Part shown: piece by piece, positions 50,301-60,825 of the stretch
Position numbering within the stretch: the stretch's first letter is position 1
Layout: each line of letters opens with the position of its first letter
From: Klebsormidium nitens
Lineage: Eukaryota; Plantae; Klebsormidiophyceae
Assembly (NCBI GenBank): GCA_000708835.1
Contig: DF237012.1
Coordinates: 190,013-254,012, forward strand
Reading direction: 5' to 3'
DNA: 64,000 nucleotides
The notes under the pieces: generated by a model
What the model was told of the DNA's origin: nothing
The model's database searches: none
Seen by the model: the letters and a program-made list of their open reading frames with translations, nothing else
Position numbers and translations under genes: made by a program

Positions 50301-53012
50301 AAGTTGAAAAGGGGGTTGCGGAATGCTATTCTAGCTTTCCAAACATAAAAGAGTCAGCCCACAAGTCGGCGCCGGTGTCGTCTGCGTCAGTGCCATTGGA
50401 GCACCTGGAGGAGGGAGGATTGAACTTTTCCAATCGAGCGCAAACTTAGCCGCTCAATCGCGAAGAAGTCTTCCCACATCTTGGCGCCGTTGTCAGTTGT
50501 GTCAGCACTGTCGGAGCACATCAAGATCGAAAGGGAGTAGTGAGGACTTCAACTTTGACCCAAATTCAGCCATTAGGACCCGTTCAAAGACAGAGGAGTC
50601 GCCCCACTGGTTGGCGTTCGTCCGTGTCAGCACCGTCAAAGCACCTGGAATGTTGGGGTAAGAAGTATACCGGGGAAGAAGATACGAATCATACTCATTT
50701 ATACGTAGAGAAGATGGCCCAGAAGTAGGCACCCTTTTGGTCTGTTTCGGCTCCATCAAAGCACCAAAAGAAGCACGGTAGTGAGGTGGTTTGAAGGACT
50801 TTTAGTAAAGGCTTGAAGGAAAGAAGTAAAGCCCATGAGTAGACACCATATCAGCATCGTCGGGGTAACTGGCGAAGGGGGTTAGTCACAGAGGTATCCT
50901 ATTACTTGGACTCGACTGCAGCCGTTCAAAAGGAAGAAGTCGGCCTACAAGTTCTCTATCCTTAACCTATGAATCAATTGGATCAACAAGACAAGGGGAG
51001 GAACGAGTCCGTGTGAATAAGCAAGCCTTCGCTCCAGTGAGTAAGCCAAGGCGGAGGGGCTCGCACGACTATAGCACGGCTCTGATCTTCAAGCTTTTAG
51101 AAGGACGGAGAAAAAGTAGAGGGTACTTTTTGGAAACCTTCAAGCTTCTAGCAAAGCCTTGCAGAGTTGCGATGGAGGCTACAACCATACATTAAGACGG
51201 ACCATGCGTTCTCTACGTTGCAAGGAGTCCGGAAGCAAAATGAAGCACATATCCCTCGCATGAGAGCTTGCTTCAAACAACGTGTCCAAGAGAACGACCT
51301 CAGTCATCTAATAACAGTAAGAGAACTACTTTACAGCGGGAAATTATTCTGGTCGTTCTCACCAGGGTACACTCTTGAGACTCAACAACATCTAAAGCAG
51401 ATCAAGCCAGTATTGATGATATCACGGTAGGCCTAAACAGGTGAGACTTAAACATCTGAAGTATGTGCATGCACCTTGCAAGAAAGTCATCCCGAGCTCA
51501 GCTTACTCTTGGACTTCCAGTTTCTTCACTCAATATGACTGTAAGCCCGCACCTGTTAGCAGACAGAGATCAAGGAATAGGTGCAACCACTGAGCTGCAA
51601 AAAAGTGACATGCTTGAAGATACTGACCTGGAGAGGGATTGTGCAGCGGCCCCGTCGTCAGTCCCTGCGGAGGTGCCCTCCGAGTACCCGGGAACTGTTC
51701 CCTCGTACGAAACTTTATCGATTATAGTTCCGGAGGGGTTTGCAAGGGCGATGGCGTCACTGGCTCCGTTTTGGATCAGGTCGGTGGCGGGGGAAACTTG
51801 CTGTAAGGGAGGGGTTCAAAGAGTGGGTAACGAGTGGGTAAGAGAGATATTAAGCCATGAAGAGGGTTCAGAAGAGTGGTTCGGAGATGGTGATCAATGA
51901 TGCGGATAAGGCTCTAGAAATTCGTTCAGGTATGGACACAGGGACAGGAATCATGAGGCAGGTGATCTAAGAGACTGGGGGGGAAAAGTGGTTAAGGTAT
52001 GAGGCAGAGGGGTCAAGACAGAAGTGTCAACAAGAGACTGGGTTAAGGAGAGGGCTCGAGCGACTAGACAGGGGGCTGATTCATCAGGCAGAGAGATAGA
52101 ATATGGGCTTTGCAATGAGAGAACTATGTGTGCAGGAGTTTGGTCAAAAGACGGGGTGGGAATGATTGTCGCCAAAACAAAAGTTGAAACTATTAGGTGC
52201 AAACAGGTGACTGACCACAAGGGGTATTATACTCTGTCACAGAAGATTACTTGAGGGCGGAGTCCTTTCAACAACAAAGGGTTAAGGAAAGGGTAAGACA
52301 ATATCTTGAGAGACAAGGACGGTAAAGCTTGTTAGCTGGGAGGGCTCTCTTCCCAGGATTGACAAGTTCAAATACATGTTAAGTAGACGCCTGACGCCAA
52401 GTGAACCGCAGAAAGCCATCAGTGGATGCATGCAAAGGGCTTCCTATCGACGCAGAAGTGACAGTCAAGGTCTGGATCCCAGCTGAACCATTCGAGGGTC
52501 TGTGAGGTGATTGATCATCCGTTTCCCCTCACGACACTCAAATCAAGAGAAGATAGAGTCGTGAAGAACCCCCGATTGCCAAAAACTAACTCAACAAATT
52601 CAGGCCACAATGTGCCCCCTAGGTTGCTTACTTTCAACATATTTCAGCTATTCACACTCGCGGCTGAAATCTGATCGCATCAGCCCCCTACCTGATTGCA
52701 GTTTGCCAAGGTCCCCCCCTGCGTTGAGCACACCACAAAGTACCCCCCCGGCGCCAGCGTCACAGGGGCGAGCGCAATCGTCTTGTACACAGCAGGGGGG
52801 CTTGCCCCCCCGTTCACAAGCTGGAGACTCCACCCGCTGAGAGCAATGCTAGACCCCCCCACATTTTTGAGCTCAACGAATTCTGCAGTGTCTGTGCTGG
52901 GTTGGTCATAGTCGACTTCGTTGATGACGAGAGAGGTGGAGCCGGCAGCAGAAAGAGCGGCGCAGGAGAGGAGAACTAGGAGGGTGAGGAGGCGCTGCCG
53001 GGGAGCAGCCAT
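44390..53012 (-). CDS. Secreted DNase II with N-terminal signal peptide, bacterial-type lamin-tail domain (LTD) and Pro/Thr linker
   Basis: Exons 53012-52692, 51800-51628, 50218-50067, 49166-48943, 48340-48178, ~47692-47405, 46542-(gap), 45197-45161 and 44533-44390. Signal peptide MAAPRQRLLTLLVLLSCAALSAAG; LTD LVINEVDYDQPSTDTAEFVELKN...LIQNGASDAIAL...SLSRCSDGTDTDDNGANF..ITPGAAN. DNase II motifs: SCKNAAGADVDWWVALKFP, HAKGVL, FYLVHSAPNFP, YGQSFLC, ETWQNG, DHSKW, CIGDMNRQASQANRGGGTVC. One junction (48178/47692) has an unresolved phase. Confidence 0.9.
45815..46328. other. Assembly gap inside the DNase II gene; other N gaps at ~28088, 31383, 36225, 37101, 41620 and 61868
   Basis: Runs of N in the sequence. 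Confidence 0.99.
46930..47380 (-). repeat. Decayed donor-junction copies of the DNase II exon ending at 47405
   Basis: tcacgatgaagccttctcgaatagcgcaaacg (47401-47432) is echoed at ~47357, ~47136 and ~46934. Confidence 0.75.
48460..48860 (-). repeat. Junction echoes in the DNase II intron 48942-48341: one acceptor copy and two donor copies
   Basis: gtcgtcgttccacatggcgtacccggc.gtggcc occurs at 48308 (true) and 48464. actct.acctggttgtcgta.atctggtagag occurs at 48935 (true), 48812 and, more decayed, ~48687. Confidence 0.85.
49300..49590 (-). repeat. Acceptor echoes of the first DNase II-domain exon
   Basis: cagtccacgtcagcgcctgcggcgttcttgcagctgaaggtagctgcggc (49124-49173) is echoed at ~49305-49352 and weakly at ~49555-49585. 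Confidence 0.75.
50340..50960 (-). repeat. Four to five decayed ~130-bp-spaced acceptor echoes of LTD exon 3
   Basis: ggcgccgttgtcgtccgtatcggttccgtcggagcacctggag (50182-50224) is echoed near 50368-50410, 50482-50521, 50608-50650 and 50725-50765. Confidence 0.85.
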
Positions 53013-55379
53013 GATTCGTGAGCTGAGGAAATTGGCAGCTGATCACAATTGATCACTGGTTATGGGAAGGTGGAATGTTGGCTTTTTGAAAGAGGGAGAA
53101 TGTTGAAGGCTTTCTCGAGCTTTCCTGACTTCTTCTTTTGTAGAGCATGGATTGACTACAACCAGTTTCGTAAGGAGATCTAGAGAGAAGTCCCCATCAA
53201 GAGGGCAAGAGGGTTCCTCCGCATTGATCAGGGAGCAGGGCTGAAGCTGGAGGGATCGCGCTCGATCACAGTCTCGAGGAGGGAAGCTGATGCTACCCAC
53301 CTGCAAAAGCTAGGCGCCCACATTGCTGATTGCAAGTACTCACTGGCTGATGCTCAGAAATGTCAACGGCAGCTCTCAAATGTGGACCTTCGTACGGAAA
53401 TTGGAATGAAAGCCGGCACAAAGCGAGCGACATCCTGCACAGTGCATTGAATGCTGGTACATGTCGGTGTGCATGATGCACAGACTATATTCTAGGTACA
53501 CCCTGGCATCTTGCTGACGCATTGTTGACCTACTTTCCTTCTAATTTGATGCCGTCTTACGTCAGCATTCCCGGAGGAATGTGCGATATCCCACTTGCAC
53601 TTGCGAATGTACCCCGTTTCCGGACCTCCATTTCTTGGCGACCAGACCCGCATTCGAAGCACTAGAGGGACGCTGTATTTGAGCACTACACAAAGTTGGG
53701 TTTATTTCTGTGTGCAGTGCACGCGATTCCATACAACAGCTGGACAGCGTAAGGCCGCGCCACGTGTCCGAAGCACGTATCTCCGCTAACGCCCAGCTTG
53801 GGTTCCAGAACCCCTGGGCCTCGGCCCTATCGTGGATCTGATCAACATGCTTAAATCACAGGTGGGGTCTCACTCACAGCCAAGAGATACAGGCGGGGGG
53901 GAAAGAAGAGAGAAAAGAGAAACAAAGAGAAGAAAAGTGGAAATGAAAGATATATAAGAGACGTTACGACCGCTTATACGACGAAATCAGGAATATCAAA
54001 TGGTTCCCAGATGGCCGTACGATACCGTGGCTGAAATACTCTGACCGTCGAAATTTAGAAAGTCAAGAAGTGACGAACAAATGACGTTGCATCAAACTTC
54101 ATCTCCGGCTGCTCGGACCCCGGTCTATGATCGACACGTGGTCGTTTTGACACGCCGCCCAATCAAGTTGCCATATTTTATGTCATGTCGCATACTAAGT
54201 GGGACCGATAATGCGGCGCCCGCGGCGCTCTCAGCCGATTCGAGGATAACACTTCAAATTTGGTAAAGTAAGCTTTAGGTAGAAGTAACCCAAGCAGCCT
54301 GGGTGGGGTTAGTTTGGGGGTTAGGGTGGTTTCGGGTGCGGAGCGTAGTGTTAGGCTGGGCCGAGCTTACTATATCTAGAGCTTACTTTACCTGAATTGA
54401 AGAGACATGATTCGAGGCTCGTGGGACGAGCGTCGGACTGTGTCTACTTTGACGCGGGGTGAGCATCCGGCGGCCATGTGCAAAACATAGGGCGTTATCG
54501 GACGGTTGCGGTTTCTTTTCAATCTGATTCGATGATCGAGGTTCCTTCATGTTTACAGAGCGCGCCGGGACGTTCGCGATCGTCGAACAGCCAGACTTTT
54601 AAGTCAGTTGAAACTACTAGCCACGGCGGACGCATTTTTTATGAGATCATCCGCCGGCAACGCTTGAAAATGAAAGTTAGCGCACTCCATAAACGTACTG
54701 CATGAGTACGAATTAGCGTGCGAATCAAACATCTAGGAGAGATTCTAGGATGTGAGGGAGTGAGTGCTTGAGGTTTTCTCCGTCCCAAAATTGCCTCTAT
54801 CATCCACACAGATTGTTTCGGTTGCTTGGGGGTTTGCCAGAGCTCCTTTCCTAAGTGAAGGGCTGATTGAGATCACCAATCAGTTACATGAACGACCTGT
54901 TGTACTCAACCGTCAATCTGTAGGTGAGGTTGATTGCTTCTTTTTCGGCCGCAAGAGGAGGGAAAGCTTTCAGTCTACTCACATACGGACTCTGACGGAA
55001 TACGTCTTACCATTGCACCGCACATTCTGCTCACTCGTACTTTAGTTTTCCTGATCTCTGCGTTCCGGTTAACTACAACGCAGACGTACTTGAGACGCTC
55101 AATAACTGGACCCCTTCAAGAACTCCCTTAGCAAGTGGCTACTTATTTCGCCGCAGTTCAGCTGATGTCAGCGACTTCCCTCAATTCCAGGTTCTCTAAG
55201 AGGCTCTTGCCTTATTGCTTTGCTAACCAGTCACTCTGAGCTAGTCACATCTCCCTAAAAAGTTGCAAAGCCCTTTCAAATCCTTCACAGCGTCTTTCAA
55301 AGCCCATCGGCTGTCTTACTTTCTCCCTTTCCTGCTCACTTATTCCAAGCCCCATTTGTCTATCTCCGTTACAAGATTG

Positions 55380-58300
55380 CTAATTGAACCCTCCATTTAC
55401 ACACGCATCGCTGCCCACGATGTGCGGCCGCGCCAAGACTTCCCAAAATCCTCTCAGCTTCACGTCCCCGGCCGTTCCGCCAATCCGTTCCGCTTCCGCT
55501 TTTCCGTACACGATCCCTCCAATCGTCGCGAACGCCGTTCCGCCCGACCACTCCGCTTCCGCACTGGCAGTTCCGTAGGTCGCTTGATAGCACGCCGCGG
55601 CGTTGAGGTGCCTCTCCTCTAGTTTTGGCTTCTTACTCGGATCTTCGTTTTCTCGCGCACTCACGGGTGGGCCTTCGTCGAGTCGCTCCCGAAAATGCGC
55701 GAGCAGCGCCTCGAAGGCAGCGCCCACGCGCTCCTGCCGTTCCGTCTTTTCCTTCCTTGACTGCGCCGTCCGTGTTCCGCTTCCGCTGCCCCCCTTCCTG
55801 CCCTGAACTCCGGGCCTGGAACCAGACTTTTCCGGATAGAATTCCGGCCGCTCCGACGTGTCCGCTCCAACGCGAGGAGCTTCGCGCATTACATCTTCAC
55901 CCTCCGTCCTCTCGTCTCTGCTTCTGGTCTCGCTACGTCTACCTTTCCGCCCCCCTCCCAAGTCCATTTTCCCGATTGTGTCTCCCACTTCTGTCACCCC
56001 CAATCTGTCGACCTCCATATCTCCATTCTCATCTTCCAAACATGTTCCTCTTCCTTTTGGCTCAACGTCACTGCCTGTCATCTTTCCTTCTTCGTCCTCC
56101 AGAGTTACCTCGTCGCCATCTTCCGCCTCCGCCTCCCCCTCACCCAGTTCCGCTCCGTCCAGCTCTGTTCCGGCCGAATCAAAACTGGCAGCCCCCACGA
56201 TCAGATCCTCCTGGGCCTGGAGCCCATAAGTGTCCATCAATTCCAATACGCTGCTGTCGTACTCCGCCTTCAGGCCACGTGCCCAATTCAGGCGCGCGTC
56301 GCTCACGCTGACGTCACGGAACTCTGCCTCGTCCGCGGGCGCCGGGCCGTGCGTGACGTCAGCCGGGTAGAAAGCCGCGCGGTTCCATTCTGCGGTGTCC
56401 AAGGCGCGGAAGAGCTTCCCTGAGAAGAAGGAGTGAAGCTTCGAATAGGTCGATTTTTGATTTGCAACAAACTTCTGCTAAAATAGGAAGACAGCAGTCT
56501 GGAATTTTTTGTCGAGAAAGCTTCCAATCAGGTAAGTCTAACGAATGATGAACGCTGGTATCTGCTGAGGCATATAGAAGTCCCTACAGAATTGCGAACC
56601 CGCCAGTGACACCCCAGAAAACACTAATCAAATGCTCCGCAGCCGCACCTTCCTAGCCCCCTAACTCACTTCACCGCCCCAGGGCTTCGACGTTACCGTG
56701 CAAGGGGCTTACCCTTTGTAAAATTCAATAGAAATAAGGCCTTACCTGGATGTATTCGACTGCGGGGATCATGCGGCTGCGGCGCTTCCTGACAAGAGTC
56801 GAGGCTTGAGGGTCTTTGGAACAAGAAGTACAAGAGAGCATAGCATAAGGAGAAGTGATTGGAGGGGACCGTATCAGTGGTGGTAACAGTGGTGGTAAAG
56901 CTGCCACGTCTTCAGGATTTCACTCATTCGAACGAAACAATGTGAGTAACTCCGCACGCGTGCTTGAAAACGCGACACCTCGGCCTGGTTTCTGACATAA
57001 ACCATTGGTGCCACTCCCTCCGCTTGGACAAAGGCTCGCTGTCATAGGAGCCGGCTTGCGACTCAGCTTCAGCCTTGCAAACCGGGTCATGTAGTATACT
57101 CCAGGTTAAGACCGTACTCTTAGAAGTGTTACTGAAGACCGGATTGTCCCTGTAAGAAACGTGACGTCAGCGCCGGGCACTCACCGAGCGCGTTCTGGCT
57201 CGCGTAGCTCTCCTCGCCGCGCTTCTGCATGAAGTCGGGGTACGCGCGCGGCCGCAGCTCCGCGGGCAACACCACGCTAAACCCCGACTTGACGAAGTTG
57301 CTCGCGTCGAACGCCATCTGCGCGAGGCGCGCGCAGTCGGGGTCGTTCGCGCCGCGCGGCCGCGCGTCGCAAAGCGCCATATGGGCGACGCAGATGGCGC
57401 CTAGGTTGTCCTCGCGCCGGTGCTTCAGCTGGAAGAACCGGTCATCCTGAGGAAAAACGGGTTATAGAAAATAAAACCCAGGGTTAGGTTGAAGGGTCTG
57501 GCAATTCTCAAATGCCACGATGTCAGCGTGTCTAGAAAGCTTGGTTGTCTTAGGCCCCCTGATGACTCTTTGCTGATGATCCGGTTTCCGAGATAAGTTT
57601 CACAAAATCATACGCGTATCGAGCTCCGAACTCCAGAGAAGCACCCTTTACGAGGCGTTTTGGAGGGTACTGGATACTTAACTCAAGCTCCCACGTGCTT
57701 CGTCAGGGCGCTTTGGAGTGTGCAGATCAATCCAGAAATGAGGCCGCTTCCCACCGACAATCAAACGAGTTCGCTCCCTCTTCTTCATGTGCCTGAGCAG
57801 TTCTTCTGACGCCTTCGTCAGTAGATGACAAGTAGTACGTATAAGGTGTGTTACATTTGCCAACTAGCAATCATATCATGGGCGCATTAGACTTTGAGAT
57901 AACTTAACGCAGAGGCTCTTCACCTGCACTGTCAGATTCCGGTCTTCCGGTGGCATCGGCGGACTGCTCTCGTACTTGAACGGCGGAAGCGACGTGTCGG
58001 GCACTAGTCTTTGGTCCCAGAAGACCCAGTACCTGTCGCCATCCTGCAAAGCAGTCAAACAATGGAACAATCTGACGACTATCTGAACACATTTATAGAT
58101 GTCTTCAGAAAACGCAAAACAATCTCGTTCGTGTTGAACGTTGCTCATCCAGAGAATGTCGACGCAATCGTAGTTTTGGCTGGAGAGAATCTCCTGGAGA
58201 AGATTCTGTATGCTTTCTCTTCTTCAATCTTCCAGGTAATGCACGTGTATATTTTGATGAACATTTGCGATGGAACAGAAATAGCGTCTTCTTTCTAGAC

Positions 58301-60825
58301 AATCTGCTGTTCTTTCCTACAATTCATAAATCTCTCTTGAGGGCATCACTGACTTGTTTCCCCATCAACTTCTTGCATAAAGTTTCTGCTGTGAGTCTCC
58401 TCCCAATAAGCCAGGAAACATGTAGCATAACAATCAAAAAGACAGTAGATTGTTACGTTCAAGCGTTTAGATCCGACCAACGTCGGGGCACTCGGATTTT
58501 TTGCGTGCTGCATTTACTCACCAGGTCGCCGTTCGTCAAGTTCACCGATTCCGGCCTCTGCCGTCCCAACACCGAGAATACCACCACGTTCTCCACGTGA
58601 TGCAGCTCAGGACAATCTACCGCCCGCAAAACCCGGACGTCCCCTGGGTGAAGCCCCGGGTTTCTGTAGACGATAACCCGCCCGGTAACCACGCCCCGAC
58701 CGCTCAGGCTCACAAAGATCTGCCCCGGCGCGAGCACCCTCAGCTCGTCCACGACGCCCAGTACGAGCGCGCCATCTGGCACGTAGATGCGCGCGCGGTC
58801 GCGCAGCTCGCTGACGTGGCGCTCGCGCATGCGCGCGACCACGCGGCACTGGAAGGGGGACAGCGCGTCGGATGATGCTCCCGGCCGCGGCGCCAGGAGC
58901 GCGGCCGCCGGCGAGCGCGCGCCCACGAGCGCGCGGAGGGGCGCGGTAGTGCGCCCCGTCAGCATGACGTCGTCGAAGGTGCGAAGGTGCTCCGCTTGGA
59001 GGGTTTCGAAAACGCGCGCGGGAATGCCGCGCGCTTCGAGGAGCTGGATGAGCTGTCGGCCGAGGAAGGCGGGCTTTGGCGCGGACGCCCAGCTGATCAC
59101 TTCGATCGTCCTGTGGTCCGACTGGAACTTGTCCATGCTCGGGCGGATTCCGACGAGGTTCCGCCCGGCCCAGGGCGGAAACACTTGGAGCATGCCCTTG
59201 CACCCCCCGAACCGGATCTGGAAAGCAGCGACGGACTTGGGGTTTTCCACTCCCGGCAGTTTTGCCGCTACCATTTCCGCGAGGTCTGGGGAGACGCGCC
59301 CGCATCCGTCCGCGAAACTCAAGCCGTGTCGAACGACTTCGTCCAGCGTCACGACTTCGTCCTCTTTCAGCGTTACAGTAGGAATTGTGGTAGAGAGAAC
59401 CAGCCCCGGTCGGACGGCGTGCTTGGCGGCTTCCCGGATTCCGTCGAAGTCCCCCATGGCGGACCGGATCTGGTCGCGGGAAACGCTGCCCGGAAGGTCT
59501 TCCTCGGCGAACGCCCAGAAGGAGAACCCGCAGACCTGGCTCGCTGACGTGGCAAGCTGACGGTAGCGGCGCCCACCAAAAAGAAAGTCGATTTTCGAGA
59601 ACCGGTCGTAAACGGCGCTTCTGGGCTCCCACCCGTCTTCCGGGGGGTTCCTCTCCCGGCTCTTCAGCGGCCCCCCCGACAGAAGTCCCCCGTCTTCGTC
59701 GCGGAAGGAAACTCTGAGGAACCGCCCTTCCTTGGATAGCTCGGGGTAACTTCTGAGCAACCGGTTGGAGGGTTCTGCGACCGGTAGAGAAGCGAAGGCT
59801 CTGCACGGGGTGATGACCAACCGGTAGACGAGTACCGTGTGCGGCGGCGGCGGGGCGCGCCGCGGGGGCAGGGTGTGGAGGCTTAAAATGTCAGCCGTCA
59901 TGCGCGACAGAGCCGCGGTCGGGTCCCAGATGCGCTTCCCCTGCGCGAAGAGCTTCCCGAGCCCAACCACAACTAGTTCCTCTCCCCCCGTCGCAACTAG
60001 GAGCGTCACCAGCTCTAGAAACTCGCCTTTTAGTCGGTCGCCCAGAAGGAGCCCCGCTTGCAGAAGTGCGTTGAGAAGCCACAGGACGTCGAACGGTAAG
60101 TCGGCTTGCAGAATGGAAGAATCGACCTGAGGCTCGAGATACAAGGCTTCATCTCCGTTGGGCGAGAGCGGAGGGACGGAGCCTTCCGGCGGAACGGCTT
60201 CCGGAAACACGCTTCCGTCGACCTGAAGTGGCGGCTTGACCCAGTCCAGTTCATTCGAGAACCCGAAGAAGCCGTTTAACACCGCCTCATTCTGTGGGCT
60301 GCGGGGGAGGGTGAAGTCGTACGTGTTGCTCTTTGCAAGTGCAACCCCCGGGGTGAAGTCGACCGTCCGGGTGAACCGCTTTTTAAACCCATTTTCGTCT
60401 CCGCTGATCTCGTAAACCAGAGGGGCGTGCTTTGACTCCACGAGAAACCCCACCTCCGACCCGTTTCCTAACTCGATCGCCCGCACCGTCGTGATCTCAG
60501 TTGAGAAACGCAGCTTGATCTGCTTTCTGGGCAGTGATCCTTCACCTTCATTTGAGTTTGTTTGCAGGGAGGGTGTGTAGAAGAACTCGAGAGACGTTTC
60601 CTCCTTTTCCGTGACGGTCTGCGCTCCGGCTTCCCCCTTTTCCGACGCCCAGAGCAGCCGTCGCTCGCAGCGTTCGTCGCACTCGAAAAGGACACCAACT
60701 CTCAATTGGCCTCCCTTGACGGGCGGCAAGAGCTCCATGGAGGACTGCTCGGAGTTAAGAAGACCTGAAAGAACGGGAGGCTGAGACTCAGTGGGCCTGT
60801 AAGAAACGAGAGAAGATTCCAACAA
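55380..60825 (-). CDS. RDR: RNA-dependent RNA polymerase of eukaryotic RNA silencing (DLDGD type, RDR1/2/6-like); 5' end uncertain
   Basis: Exons ~60825/60738-58522, 58043-57924, 57446-57185 and 56419-55380 are in phase. Motifs: SNRLLRSY, FLRVSFRDE, SASQ, AFQIRFGGCKGML, GVVDE, VYRNPGLHPGDVR, catalytic GDL|DGD, NLGAICVAH, YPDFM, AAACYQATY. Confidence 0.95.

Noticed and set aside
54300-54340. Telomere-like gggttag/ttaggg motifs
   Set aside because: Too short and degenerate to distinguish from G/T-rich background.
58607-59806. Long alternative-frame and antisense ORFs over RDR (399 aa, 257 aa), and similar ones at 32193-32822, 34103-34819 and 55625-56311
   Set aside because: Shadow ORFs expected from GC-rich coding sequence, with low-complexity Arg/Pro/Ser translations and no domains.
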